Part shown: positions 33,936-44,570 of the stretch, piece after piece
Layout: each line of letters starts with the position of its first letter
Position numbering within the stretch: position 1 is the first letter of the stretch
NCBI GenBank assembly: GCA_049320885.1
Contig: JBMORA010000025.1
Span: 1 to 64,000 of the forward strand
Source of the DNA: Thermodesulfobacteriota bacterium
Lineage (GTDB): Bacteria; Desulfobacterota; Desulfobacteria; Desulfobacterales; SURF-7
Direction: 5' to 3'
Length of the DNA stretch: 64,000 nucleotides
Notes under the pieces: generated by a model
Told to the model about the DNA's origin: nothing
The model's database searches: none
What the model saw: the letters and a program-made list of their open reading frames with translations, nothing else
Made by a program: the position numbers and the translations under genes

Positions 33936-36878
33936 ATGCAACGAGGTTCCGTGATGCCCCTCCAGACGCCAAAAAAACTCCTGTGGACCTTCGTCCTCCT
34001 GCTTTTCATCGGCGGAGGCTCCCCGCCCGGGACGAAGGCGGCAGACAGCCCTGCCGCCCCCCGGCGCACCCTCAGGGCCGCCAGCGAACTGGACTATCCG
34101 CCCTTCGCCCTGGTCCGGAAAGATGGCGCGGCCGACGGGTTCTCCGTGGAGCTGCTGCAAGCCGTTGCCCATGCCGTCGGGCTCGATGTCGCCGTCGACG
34201 TCGGTCCCTGGCATGTCATCAAGCAGCAGCTGGCGGACGGACACCTGGATGTGCTGCCGCTGGTGTCCTACTCGGCGGAACGGGATCGGGTCTTCGATTT
34301 CACCAGTCCCTATCTGCGCATGCATGGAAGCATTTTCGTGCGCAGGGAGGAAACCGCCATCCGGGCGGAAGCCGACCTGCGCGGCAGGGAAGTCCTGGTG
34401 ATGCGCGGTGACACGGCCCATGAATACGCCCTGAAAAACGAACTCACGGACCACCTGATCCTCACCGATACCTATGAGGAGGCCTTCCGCCTGTTGTCTT
34501 CCGGCAGACACGACGCCGTGATCGTGCAGCAGGTCGTGGGTTTCCAGATCATGAAAAAACTGGGCATCGACAACCTCACGGCCGTCGGTTCCGGTCAGGA
34601 AACCAGCCTGAAACCCATGGCCCGCCCCCTGTCCGGCTTTGAGCAGAAGTTCTGCCTCGCCGTCCGGGACGGCGATGCGGAGCTCCTGGCCCTGTTGAAC
34701 GAAGGCCTCTCCATCGTCATCGCCAGCGGCGCCTACGACCGGCTGTACGCCAAATGGTTCGAACCCATCCTGCCCAAACCGCCGCTGCCCGTCTCCGTGA
34801 TCCTGACCTATCTGCTGGCGGTTCTCGGCCCCCTGATCTTCCTGTCGGCTCTGGCCGTGCTCTGGTATCTGAAACGGGAAGTCGCCCGGCGCACCCGGTC
34901 CCTCCGGGAGGAAATCCTTGAACGCCGGCGCAGCGAGGAAGCCCTTGCCGCCAGCCGCGAGCAGTTCATGCTGGCGGTGAAGGGAACCCAGGACGGCATC
35001 TGGGACTGGGATTTGCGGACCAACAGCCTCTATCTCTCGCCCCGCTGGAAAGCCATCATCGGGTACGGCGACGAGGAACTGGCCAACACCTTCGAAACCT
35101 TTGAAAGCCATTTACATCCCGATGACAGGCCGCGGGTCATGGATTCCGTGGATCGCTACCTGAGAGGGGAAATGCCGGTGTACGCCGTCGAATTCCGCTT
35201 CCGGCACAAGGACGGTTCCCATCGCTGGATTCTGGCCCGGGGGGAAGCCTTGCGGGATGAAAACGGCCGCTCCTATCGCATGGCGGGCTCCCATACCGAC
35301 ATAACGGAGCGCAAGCAATCCGAGGAAGCCCTGCGGGAAAGCGAAAAGCGTTTCCGCCAGGTGTACGAACATGCCGCCGTGGGGCTGGCCCGGGTTTCAC
35401 CCGGATTCCGGATCATGACCGCCAACGAAGCGTATTGCCGCATGCTGGGGTATCCGGAGGAAGAACTGATCGGCAAGCACTTGCAGGACATCACCCATCC
35501 GGAGGTCCTGGAGGAGAACATCCGCAACCAGATCCGGCTCGGCGCAGGGGAAATCGATCATTTCCGCATGGAAAAACGCTTCATTCACAAACAGGGCCAT
35601 ACCATCCACGGGGTCCTGGACGCCAACCTGATCCGGGATGCGGCAGGCCGGCCCCTGTATTTTCTGGGCAGCGTCGTGGATATCACCGACCGCATCCAGG
35701 CTGCGGAAATGCAGGAAAAACTCCAGGACAGGCTCCAGCAGGCCCAGAAAATGGAAGCCATCGGCACCCTGGCCGGCGGCATCGCCCATGATTTCAACAA
35801 TATTTTATTTCCCCTGCTGGGGTTTACGGAGATGCTCCAGGAGGATCTGCCGGCGGGCAGCCCGCTGCACGCCAATGTCCGGGAAATTCTCCAGGCCATC
35901 ATGCGCGCCCGGGATCTGGTCCAGCAGATTCTGGCCTTCAGCCGGCAGTCGGAACTGGAAATCCGGCCCATCCGGCTTCAGCCGGTCCTGAAAGAGGCCC
36001 TCAAGCTGCTTCAGGCCACCATTCCGAAAACCATCCGCTTCTCCCAGACTATCGACGCCGCCTGCGGCATGGTTCTGTGCGACCCGACCCAGGTCCATCA
36101 GATCATCATGAACCTGGCCACCAATGCCTACCATGCCATGGAGGAAACCGGCGGCGAACTCCGGGTCGAGCTGCGGCAGGTCCGGGTGGAGAAACGAGAT
36201 CCGGAGACGGGCGGCATTCCGCCCGGCGACTATGCCCGGCTGACGGTCGCGGATACGGGTGCCGGCATCCCAGGGGAGATCCTCGACAAGGTGTTCGATC
36301 CGTATTTCACCACCAAGGCCCAGCATAAAGGCACCGGCCTGGGGCTTTCGGTGGTCCACGGAATCGTCACACGCTGCCACGGCGAAGTTCGCATCGCAAG
36401 CCCGCCGGGACGGGGAACGACGGTGACGGTCTACCTCCCGGTCATGGCGACGGCCCCGGAAACGGATGCGGAAGCCGAGGTCAAACCCGCGCCGGGGGGC
36501 ACGGAAAGGCTCCTCCTGGTGGACGATGAACCGGCCATCGTACGCATGGAGCAGCAAATGCTGGAACGCCTGGGATATCATGTGACCGCCCGCACCGGAA
36601 GCGTCGAAGCCCTTACGGCCTTCAAAGAGGCGCCCCGAGCCTTCGACCTGGTGATCACGGACATGACCATGCCCAACATGACCGGCATCCAACTGACAGC
36701 GGAGATCAAGGCCATCCGGCCGGACATGCCCGTGATCATCTGCACCGGCTTCAGCGATCAACTGAACGAAGAAAAATGCCGGCTGTCGGGCATCGCGGCC
36801 TACGTGCTCAAACCGCTGATCAAACGGGAAATCGCCGCAGCCATCCGAATGGTTCTGGATGCAGGTGATCCCTGTTGA
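33936..36878 (+). CDS. Hybrid histidine kinase with a periplasmic amino-acid-binding (SBP family 3) domain and 2 PAS
   Basis: DYPPF, GFSVELL, TM, GIWDWD and HPDD PAS motifs, AHDFNN, REC; start may be 33954. Confidence 0.93.
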   Translation: MQRGSVMPLQTPKKLLWTFVLLLFIGGGSPPGTKAADSPAAPRRTLRAASELDYPPFALVRKDGAADGFSVELLQAVAHAVGLDVAVDVGPWHVIKQQLADGHLDVLPLVSYSAERDRVFDFTSPYLRMHGSIFVRREETAIRAEADLRGREVLVMRGDTAHEYALKNELTDHLILTDTYEEAFRLLSSGRHDAVIVQQVVGFQIMKKLGIDNLTAVGSGQETSLKPMARPLSGFEQKFCLAVRDGDAELLALLNEGLSIVIASGAYDRLYAKWFEPILPKPPLPVSVILTYLLAVLGPLIFLSALAVLWYLKREVARRTRSLREEILERRRSEEALAASREQFMLAVKGTQDGIWDWDLRTNSLYLSPRWKAIIGYGDEELANTFETFESHLHPDDRPRVMDSVDRYLRGEMPVYAVEFRFRHKDGSHRWILARGEALRDENGRSYRMAGSHTDITERKQSEEALRESEKRFRQVYEHAAVGLARVSPGFRIMTANEAYCRMLGYPEEELIGKHLQDITHPEVLEENIRNQIRLGAGEIDHFRMEKRFIHKQGHTIHGVLDANLIRDAAGRPLYFLGSVVDITDRIQAAEMQEKLQDRLQQAQKMEAIGTLAGGIAHDFNNILFPLLGFTEMLQEDLPAGSPLHANVREILQAIMRARDLVQQILAFSRQSELEIRPIRLQPVLKEALKLLQATIPKTIRFSQTIDAACGMVLCDPTQVHQIIMNLATNAYHAMEETGGELRVELRQVRVEKRDPETGGIPPGDYARLTVADTGAGIPGEILDKVFDPYFTTKAQHKGTGLGLSVVHGIVTRCHGEVRIASPPGRGTTVTVYLPVMATAPETDAEAEVKPAPGGTERLLLVDDEPAIVRMEQQMLERLGYHVTARTGSVEALTAFKEAPRAFDLVITDMTMPNMTGIQLTAEIKAIRPDMPVIICTGFSDQLNEEKCRLSGIAAYVLKPLIKREIAAAIRMVLDAGDPC

Positions 36879-36945
36879 CATTTTTGCCAGAATTTCATTA
36901 GATACCCATAAAAAACAGCTTCATTCAGCAACCGGATACGATTGT

Positions 36946-39342
36946 ATGGCGAGCGACAAGACACCCCATGGCTCCTCCCCGCCCTCCCGCCGCCATGCGG
37001 GGCCCCCGTCAGGGCCCGAAGGCGACTCCGCCGAACGAAAGAAAACGGAACAGGCCCTGCGGGAAAGCGAGGAGCGGTTCCGTTCCCTGGCCGAGCTCCT
37101 GCCGGAAGCCGTCTTCGAGATGGATCTGGAAGGCCGGCTGACCTACGTCAACCGCCTGGCCTTTGAACAATTCCGCTACCCCCTGGAAAGCTTCGAGCAG
37201 GGCCTGAACGCCTTTGACATGATCGTGCCCGAGGATCGCAAGCGGACATTCGAAAATGCCATGCGCATCGTCCATGGCGAGGATATCGGACTCCAGTCCT
37301 ACAAGGGGCTGAAAGCCGACGGCACCGTCTTCCCCATTCTGATCCATGCATCGGCCATCCTCCGGGAAGGAACGGCGGTGGGCATCCGGGGCGTTGTCAT
37401 CGACATGTCCGAACAGCAGAAAGCCAACGAGGAACGCGAAAAAATGTGGCGTCTGCTGGACGCCGCCATTCTGCATTCCCCCGTGGGCATCCTCATCGCC
37501 GACGCCCCGGACGTCACCATCCGGTTCGCCAATCCGGCGGCCCTGGGCATCCGGGGAGGCGACCTCAACTCCCTGACCGATATCGATGTCGGCAGCCACT
37601 CTGCCAGGTGGCAGATCTTCCGGACCGACGGCAGCCCTTTCCCGCCCCAAGACCTGCCCCTATCCCGGGCCGTCCTCAAGGGCGAGATCACCCAGAACCA
37701 GGAAATGACCATCCGGGACGAAAACGGCGGGGACCACCTGATTTCCGCCAATGCCGCGCCCATCTATGATGCGGAAGGCGGCATCACGGCCGGCATCGTC
37801 GTTTTCCACGATATCACGGAACGGAAACGCACCGAAGAGGCCCTGCGCAAAAGCCAGGAAAGAATGGACGCCATTTTCCAGGCCATCGCCGACCCCATCG
37901 TGGTCTACGACAAGCAAGGATTTCCGGAAACCGTCAATCCGGCCTTCACGCAAGTGTTCGGCTGGACCCTGGAGGAATTGCGCGGCCGGCGCATCCCCTT
38001 TGTCCCCGAGGACCAGCAGGAACTGACCTCCCGCCTGATCCGGGAGTTATACGAAACCGGCACACCGGTGCGTTTCGAGACCAAACGCCTGACCAGGGAT
38101 CATCGAATTCTTGACGTCCTCATCGGCGCGGCCATCATCAGGGGGACCGCGGGCGACCATTACGGCATGGTGGTCAATATCAAGGACATCACCGAACACA
38201 AACACCTGGAGGCCCAGTTCCGACAGGCCCAGAAGATGGAGGCCATCGGCACCCTCACCGGCGGCGTGGCCCATGACTTCAACAACCTGCTCATGGCCAT
38301 CCAGGGCCGGATATCCCTGCTGCTGGCGGACATGAAAGGGAACCAACGCCATCTGGAACATCTCCAGGGCATGGAGGAATATGTCGAAAGCGCCGCCACC
38401 CTCACCCGGCAGCTGCTGGGCTTTGCCAAGGGAGGAAAATACGAAACCAAATCCACGGACCTCAATGTCCTGATCCGGGAACAGAACAGTCTGTTCGGCC
38501 GTACCCATAAGGAAATCCGGTTCCATGAAAAATTCAGCGCCGGGCTCTGGAGCGTGGAGCTCGACCGCGGTCAGTTCCAGCAGGTGCTGCTGAATCTCTA
38601 TGTCAACGCCTGGCAGGCCATGCCCGGCGGCGGGGATCTGTTCGTTGAAACCGCCAATTGCCAAATCGACGAAAACCATCTCATGCCCTATGGATTGAAA
38701 CCCGGCCGCTATGTCAAACTGACAGTGACCGACAACGGCATCGGCATGGATCAGGCCATCCAGAGCCGGATATTCGAGCCCTTTTTCACCACCAAGGACC
38801 GGGGACGGGGGACAGGCCTGGGCCTTGCCTCCACCTACGGCATCGTCAAAAATCACGGCGGTTTCATCAATGTCCACAGCGAAAAAGGCGCCGGCGCCAC
38901 CTTCACCATCCATCTGCCCGCCTCGGACAAGCAGGTGGAAACCATCCACAAATTTTCCCTGGAAGTCCTGCGGGGAACGGAAACCATCCTGCTGGTGGAT
39001 GATGAGGCGATGATCATCGATGTCGGCAAACAGCTCCTGGAAACCCTGGGATATACCGTCCTCACCGCCCGGGATGGATACGAAGCCGTCCGGGTGTTCC
39101 GGGACCATCAAGCCGGGATCCGGCTGGTGATCCTGGACATGATCATGCCGGGCATGGGCGGCGGGGAAGTCTTTGACCGGCTCCGGGAATTGAATCCGGC
39201 CGTCCCGGTGCTGCTTTCCAGCGGCTACAGCCTAAGCGGTCAGGCAGCGGAAATACTGAAAAAAGGCTGCAACGGATTTATCCAGAAGCCGTTCAATCTC
39301 TCTGTGCTTTCGCAAAAAATAAGAGAGATCATTACGAATTAG
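36946..39342 (+). CDS. Cytoplasmic hybrid histidine kinase with 3 PAS domains and REC
   Basis: Three PAS/PAC units (DMSEQ, HDITERK, KDITEHK), AHDFNN, REC. Start inferred; TTGACA at 36875-36880 upstream. Confidence 0.92.
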   Translation: MASDKTPHGSSPPSRRHAGPPSGPEGDSAERKKTEQALRESEERFRSLAELLPEAVFEMDLEGRLTYVNRLAFEQFRYPLESFEQGLNAFDMIVPEDRKRTFENAMRIVHGEDIGLQSYKGLKADGTVFPILIHASAILREGTAVGIRGVVIDMSEQQKANEEREKMWRLLDAAILHSPVGILIADAPDVTIRFANPAALGIRGGDLNSLTDIDVGSHSARWQIFRTDGSPFPPQDLPLSRAVLKGEITQNQEMTIRDENGGDHLISANAAPIYDAEGGITAGIVVFHDITERKRTEEALRKSQERMDAIFQAIADPIVVYDKQGFPETVNPAFTQVFGWTLEELRGRRIPFVPEDQQELTSRLIRELYETGTPVRFETKRLTRDHRILDVLIGAAIIRGTAGDHYGMVVNIKDITEHKHLEAQFRQAQKMEAIGTLTGGVAHDFNNLLMAIQGRISLLLADMKGNQRHLEHLQGMEEYVESAATLTRQLLGFAKGGKYETKSTDLNVLIREQNSLFGRTHKEIRFHEKFSAGLWSVELDRGQFQQVLLNLYVNAWQAMPGGGDLFVETANCQIDENHLMPYGLKPGRYVKLTVTDNGIGMDQAIQSRIFEPFFTTKDRGRGTGLGLASTYGIVKNHGGFINVHSEKGAGATFTIHLPASDKQVETIHKFSLEVLRGTETILLVDDEAMIIDVGKQLLETLGYTVLTARDGYEAVRVFRDHQAGIRLVILDMIMPGMGGGEVFDRLRELNPAVPVLLSSGYSLSGQAAEILKKGCNGFIQKPFNLSVLSQKIREIITN

Positions 39343-39364
39343 GAATTACGAATGAAGGATGGGG
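39331..39364 (+). repeat. Heptamer array, family 1: left inverted repeat of the four-helix-bundle cassette
   Basis: ATTAC GAATTAG GAATTAC GAATGAA GGATGG; 39331-39353 is the exact reverse complement of 39808-39830. Confidence 0.95.
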
Positions 39365-39433
39365 TCATTTTGATGTTCCTGTTCGGGAAATCGGCTGACG
39401 AATTCACTGAAACACAGCACCGGAGATGGGGAA

Positions 39434-39808
39434 ATGAAGGAAAATGTGGTGCAGGTGAAGAGTTATGCGTTCGCGCTGCGAATGATGAAGCTGTATCGCT
39501 GGTTATGTGAGAAAGAAAAGGCGTTTGCGCTTGCCACGCAGGTCCTTCAATCCGGCACATCCATCGGCGCCAACGTGGAAGAAGCCATTGGCGGTCAGTC
39601 CGAGAAAGATTTCAACTCAAAAATGAATATCGCCTACAAGGAGGCCCGCGAAACCCACTATTGGCTGCGCCTGCTTCGTGATTCTGGTATGATGGATGAA
39701 AAAGCGTTCGGTTCGATCATCGCGGATTGCGAGGAACTGATGAAAATCATCGGCTCCATCAACAAGACCATGAAATCAAAAATAAAGACGCAAATCCACA
39801 ATTCCTAA
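39434..39808 (+). CDS. Four-helix-bundle protein (TIGR02436 / 23S rRNA IVS protein family, Avd-like)
   Basis: KSYAFA, Q.LQSGTSIGANVEEA..GQS.KDF..K..IAYKEARET.YWLRLL signature. Confidence 0.93.
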   Translation: MKENVVQVKSYAFALRMMKLYRWLCEKEKAFALATQVLQSGTSIGANVEEAIGGQSEKDFNSKMNIAYKEARETHYWLRLLRDSGMMDEKAFGSIIADCEELMKIIGSINKTMKSKIKTQIHNS

Positions 39809-39830
39809 TTCGTAATTCCTAATTCGTAAT
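39800..39830 (-). repeat. Heptamer array, family 1: right inverted repeat of the four-helix-bundle cassette
   Basis: Plus strand: ATTCCTA ATTCGTA ATTCCTA ATTCGTA AT. Confidence 0.95.
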
Positions 39831-42773
39831 TATTTTTTTTATTTTCTCTCCAAGCGCCCCGGCCGAAAACGGTTTCTGAATGAAATTCACACCGCTGTCC
39901 AGAACCCCCTGGCGGAGGATGACATTTTCCGTATAGCCGGACATATACAGGGCCCTGGTTTCGGGATGCAGGGCCGTGATCCGTTGAACCAGTTCCTTGC
40001 CTTTCATTTCCGGCATGACTACGTCGGACAGCACCAGGTGGATCGGCCCCCGGTGGTTTTCGGCCAGCTCCACGGCCATCGGTCCGCCGCCGGCTTCCAG
40101 CACATGGAAGCCGCCCTTTTTCAGCATGGTGGCGACCAGCCGGCGCACCGTCGGGTCGTCCTCCACCACCAGGATCGTGGCCCGGCCTTCCGGCGCCGCC
40201 GGGCTTGCCGCCGGTTTTTCTTCCACGACCGGCGTCTCCGCCACCTTCGGCAGATACACCTTGAACGTGGTGCCCTGCCCCGGCTCGCTATACACCCAGA
40301 TATTGCCGCCATGCTGCTTGACGATGCCGTACACCATGGAAAGACCGAGCCCGCTGCCTTCCCCCACGGCCTTGGTGGTAAAAAACGGTTCGAAGATGTT
40401 GGCCTGGGTCGCCGCATCCATCCCCAATCCGTCATCGCTCACCGCCAGCAGGGCATAAATCCCCGGCGTGACCCCCGGTTTCTGACGGCTGCAAGTCTCG
40501 TCCAGGATCACCTCCGCCGTCTCAATGGTCAGACAGCCGCCGTCGGGCATGGCATCCCGGGCATTGACCGCCAGGTTCATGATGACCTGCTCCAGCTGGG
40601 CCGCATCCGCCCGCACGGGGATCTCGGCGGAAGACAATTCCAGGTGGATGCGGATATCCTCGCCGATGGTCCGGGCCAGCAGTTTTTCGAAATTCCGGAT
40701 GATCCGGTTGAGGTCCACGGTCCTCATTTCCAGCATCTGCTTGCGGCCGAAGGCCAGGAGCTGGCGGGTCAGGGCTTTGGCGCGGTTGCCGGCGTCCACC
40801 ATTTCCTTCAGGCTCTCCCGGAAGGCATGCTCCGGCCCCATGGTTTCCAGGAGCATGTCGCCGTAGCCCAGAATGATCGACAACATGTTGTTGAAATCAT
40901 GGGCCACGCCCCCGGCCAGGCGCCCGATGGCCTCCATTTTCTGGGATTGCAGCAACTGGGCCTGGAGTTTTTCCTTCTCCGCCGCCGCCTGCTTGGCGGC
41001 GGTGATATCCTCGAAACTCACGGCAAAACGGCCCGGCTGGGGGCAGAAAGCCGACACCCGGTAATGGCGGTCCAGATCCGCGGCGTAATTCTCGAATTGT
41101 ATCGGCCGGCCGGTCAAGGCCACCTGCCCGTAGGTATCGATCCAGTGGGCTTCGGTATTCGGCATGACCTCGGTCACCGTGCGGCCGACAATGGTCCCGG
41201 CCGCCAGACCGGTCATGCGCTCAAAGGCCGGATTGACCTCCAGAAACCGGTAATCCACGGGCTTTCCCGCTTCATCGCAGATGATGTCGTGAACGGCGAA
41301 GCCTTCCAGCATGCTGAAAAACAGATCGCGGTAGCGCTGCTCGCTGCTGCGCAGGGCCTCCCGGGCTTCGCGCTCCGCGGATTGATCCCGGAACACCAGC
41401 ACCACGCCGGCGACGTCGCCCTCCTCCATGCGGATGGGCGCACCGCTGTCGGCAATGGGAATTTCCGTTCCGTCGCGGGCGATGAGCAGGGTATGATTGG
41501 CCAGGCCCACCACCTGCCCCTCCCGCAGGACCCTGGCCACGGGGCTTTCCACCGCCAGACGGGTTTCCTCGTTGATGATCCGGAACACCTCGTCCACGGG
41601 CCGGCCGGCGGCCTCCGCCATGCCCCAGCCGGTGAGGTTTTCAGCCGCCGGGTTCAGCATGGTGATGTTTCCGTCCGCGTCCGTTGCGAGAACGCCGTCG
41701 CCGACGCTCAGCAGGGTCATGCGGTGGCGGGTCTCGCTGACCGACAATTCCAGCCGGGCCATGGACAACTCCCGGAAATGGATCTTCCTGTCCCGCTGGA
41801 TCAGGGCGATCACCGCCGCCGCCATACCAGCCATCAGGGTTCCGATCAAGGCCGCTATCAGAACGGATAATGAATGCCAGGCCGCGAAGACCTCCCGAAC
41901 ATCCATCTTGGCCACCATATACCAAGGAGAATCCGGCACGCGGCCCAGGACCGACAGCACCTCGATTCCCCGATAATCCCGCCCTTCCACGACACCCGTG
42001 CGTCCCAGCACCGCCATCACCGCCGGCACGTCCGTGCGGCTCAGCGGCAGACGCAGGGCCAGGGCCGTTCGCTCCCGGAACCGCAGGTCGTTGAGAAACA
42101 GGACCTGCTCGCCGTCCCGGCGCACCAGCAGGGTTTCGGCGCTGGAACTGGGAATGGGCCAGGACCGGATCAGGGGGAACAGCGCCCTGCCGGGGTCCAC
42201 CTGCAGAACGACAGCCCCCAGCGGCACCGGCGATCCGCCGGTTTGGCGGTAAAAAGGCACCACCACATCCATATGAATGATTCCATCCAAAGGCCGGTGG
42301 TGGAGGTCGCTGAGCACGGGCCGCCGTGTCCGCAGGGCCGCCTTCAATGCCCGGAATGCCTCTTCGTGAAGCCTCCCGGATGTCTGATCAAGCCCAAACC
42401 GAATCCTTCCCTCGGGTTCCACCACCAGGACATCGGCATATTGCTCGTGCTCGCGCAGGAAATGCAGATACTGCAACACGACCTCCATGGCTTCCATGCG
42501 GGGATGTTCCAGGCAATCGGCCAGGTCGCGTGAAAAAGAGGCATTGGCCATGAGCAGGGCGGCATCCTCCTTCATCTCATCCCGCCAGTTGACGATCTGG
42601 TCTGTCTTCAGCCGGCCGATGGCCTGCAATTCCTCAAGCGCCGCGCCCCGCATCGCCAGTCCCTGGGAGCGGTAGAACCAGGTTCCCCCGGCCAGCGCCA
42701 GGAGCATGAGAAATCCGATGCCCGGCAGCACCCATGTAGCCGATGGTTTGTTTTTCATGATGACGAATTCCAT
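39819..42773 (-). CDS. Membrane hybrid histidine kinase (periplasmic Cache-like domain, 2 PAS, HisKA, HATPase, REC)
   Basis: Two TM segments, DYRG..VL...W.MVAK, PAS (LANHTLL; FLEVNPAFE), AHDFNN, REC; start 42773 or 42758. Confidence 0.93.
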   Translation of the reverse strand: MEFVIMKNKPSATWVLPGIGFLMLLALAGGTWFYRSQGLAMRGAALEELQAIGRLKTDQIVNWRDEMKEDAALLMANASFSRDLADCLEHPRMEAMEVVLQYLHFLREHEQYADVLVVEPEGRIRFGLDQTSGRLHEEAFRALKAALRTRRPVLSDLHHRPLDGIIHMDVVVPFYRQTGGSPVPLGAVVLQVDPGRALFPLIRSWPIPSSSAETLLVRRDGEQVLFLNDLRFRERTALALRLPLSRTDVPAVMAVLGRTGVVEGRDYRGIEVLSVLGRVPDSPWYMVAKMDVREVFAAWHSLSVLIAALIGTLMAGMAAAVIALIQRDRKIHFRELSMARLELSVSETRHRMTLLSVGDGVLATDADGNITMLNPAAENLTGWGMAEAAGRPVDEVFRIINEETRLAVESPVARVLREGQVVGLANHTLLIARDGTEIPIADSGAPIRMEEGDVAGVVLVFRDQSAEREAREALRSSEQRYRDLFFSMLEGFAVHDIICDEAGKPVDYRFLEVNPAFERMTGLAAGTIVGRTVTEVMPNTEAHWIDTYGQVALTGRPIQFENYAADLDRHYRVSAFCPQPGRFAVSFEDITAAKQAAAEKEKLQAQLLQSQKMEAIGRLAGGVAHDFNNMLSIILGYGDMLLETMGPEHAFRESLKEMVDAGNRAKALTRQLLAFGRKQMLEMRTVDLNRIIRNFEKLLARTIGEDIRIHLELSSAEIPVRADAAQLEQVIMNLAVNARDAMPDGGCLTIETAEVILDETCSRQKPGVTPGIYALLAVSDDGLGMDAATQANIFEPFFTTKAVGEGSGLGLSMVYGIVKQHGGNIWVYSEPGQGTTFKVYLPKVAETPVVEEKPAASPAAPEGRATILVVEDDPTVRRLVATMLKKGGFHVLEAGGGPMAVELAENHRGPIHLVLSDVVMPEMKGKELVQRITALHPETRALYMSGYTENVILRQGVLDSGVNFIQKPFSAGALGEKIKKIITN

Positions 42774-42810
42774 TCCGTGGTTTCAGATACAGCTTCTCCG
42801 GCCTTCGCCG

Positions 42811-44217
42811 TCAGTTGCCCGGCAGGGAGATCCCGTGCAGCTTGAGCAGTTCGTAATACCGCGAGCGCGACAGGCCCGCAATCCGGCAGGCCTTGGGGAC
42901 ATCGCCGCCGACAGTGGCGGACAGTTCCCGGAGATATTCCTGTTCGGCCTTCAGGGCCGCCTGCTTCCGGATCTGTTTCAGGGACATGGTTGTTCCCGGC
43001 AGAACCCGGCCCGTTCCGGCTGAACGACGCGCTTCCGGCAGCGCCGACTGGGCCGCCAGAATCCGTATCGGCTCGGGCAGATGCCGGGCGAACAGCAGGG
43101 GCTCCGACACCGCCGTGGCCACGGCGACATCCAGAACCGTCACCAGTTCCCGCACGTTGCCGGGCCAGGAATAGGCTTCCAGAGCCTCGAAAAAATCGCT
43201 GGAGCAGGATTTCATTTCAATCCCGCGGCGCTCGCACAGGCGGTGGACGTGATGAACCGTCAGCGGGCGGATATCTTCCGGACGCCGGGCCAGTTTCGGC
43301 AGCTCGATGGTCAGCCCACGGATCCGGTACAAGAGATCCTTGCGGAATTCCCCTGCGGCCACCAGCTGGTTCAGATCCATGTTGGTGGCCGCCACCAGCC
43401 GAAAATCACTGCTGCGCACCTGCCGGCCGCCCACCGGGCGGTATTTCCGTTCCTGGAGCACCCGCAGCAAGGATTTCTGGTTGACCGGGGCCAGTTCGCC
43501 GATTTCATCCAGAAACAGGGTGCCCCGGTGGGCCTCGGTGATCAGCCCGTCGCAATCCTGCTCGGCGCCGGTGAAGGCCCCTTTGACATAGCCGAAGAGA
43601 ATGCTTTCCATCAACGTGTCCGGCAGGCAGGCACAATCCACCACCACAAAATTCCGCTCGGCGGCCGCGCTGTTCAGATGAATGGCGCGGGCGAACAGAT
43701 CCTTGCCCGTTCCGGTTTCGCCGGTGATCAGCACGTTCAGATCGCTGCCGGCGGCCCTGGCCAGCAGATCCAGGGACTCCCGGAATCGCACGCTTTCCCC
43801 CACGACGCCCTCCAGTTTAAGGGCCACCGGATGTCGGCGATTCAGGGCAGCTTTTTCCCGGTATTGAATCACCCGCTTGATGGTGAGCAGGGCGTTTTCA
43901 CTGGAATCCGTTTTTTGAATGTAATCCCAGGCCCCGTTGCGGATGGCCAGTTCAGCCCCCCGGGCGTCACCGAAACCGGTCATGATGATCACCTCCGGCG
44001 CGTCGGGAGTCCGCCGGATTTCCGGCAGCATTTCCAGGCCGTCGCCGTCCGGCAGATTGACATCCAGCAGCACCACGTCGTACGGATTGGAGCGGAGTTC
44101 CAGCAGGCCTTCCGCCGCATGATGCCGGCTGGCGGCATGATGACCCATGCGGGTCACCAATTCCGTCAACATCCGACATACATGTTCGTCGTCGTCGATG
44201 ATCAGCACATTCGCCAT
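42811..44217 (-). CDS. Sigma54-dependent NtrC/Fis-family response regulator
   Basis: REC, GETGTGKD, GAFTGA, LFLDEIGE, WPGNVREL, C-terminal HTH. Confidence 0.96.
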   Translation of the reverse strand: MANVLIIDDDEHVCRMLTELVTRMGHHAASRHHAAEGLLELRSNPYDVVLLDVNLPDGDGLEMLPEIRRTPDAPEVIIMTGFGDARGAELAIRNGAWDYIQKTDSSENALLTIKRVIQYREKAALNRRHPVALKLEGVVGESVRFRESLDLLARAAGSDLNVLITGETGTGKDLFARAIHLNSAAAERNFVVVDCACLPDTLMESILFGYVKGAFTGAEQDCDGLITEAHRGTLFLDEIGELAPVNQKSLLRVLQERKYRPVGGRQVRSSDFRLVAATNMDLNQLVAAGEFRKDLLYRIRGLTIELPKLARRPEDIRPLTVHHVHRLCERRGIEMKSCSSDFFEALEAYSWPGNVRELVTVLDVAVATAVSEPLLFARHLPEPIRILAAQSALPEARRSAGTGRVLPGTTMSLKQIRKQAALKAEQEYLRELSATVGGDVPKACRIAGLSRSRYYELLKLHGISLPGN

Positions 44218-44570
44218 GGAAAAGGGTTCCTGGAAAGTTATCTGTTGGAGTTTGTCCGGGTTCCAGCCGCTTGCTGACGATTGGCTTGGATGACAAGGGT
44301 TGAATCGCCAATGTTGGAGCCATATTGCCCTATTTTTACGGAAAACGAAAGCCCGACTTTTAAAGCGCTTGCTTTTTTCAATTGATTTGATACACTTCCC
44401 AGAATTGGTGGAGTGGAATCGTATTTCTTTTTTCCAATTCCATCACCCATACGGAAAGCTTTTCAAAACGGCTCACCGGTTCATTGGCGCCTCCAACTCC
44501 ATATCATCAGGCTCGGGTCCATCCCTGGAAGGAATCAGGCGCCCCGGTATTGTTTCATAAGGAAAAGCGC

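Noticed and set aside
39331..39830. Diversity-generating retroelement or classical IS
   Set aside because: The Avd-like fold is present, but I saw no reverse transcriptase, TR/VR pair, transposase or target-site duplication in the window.
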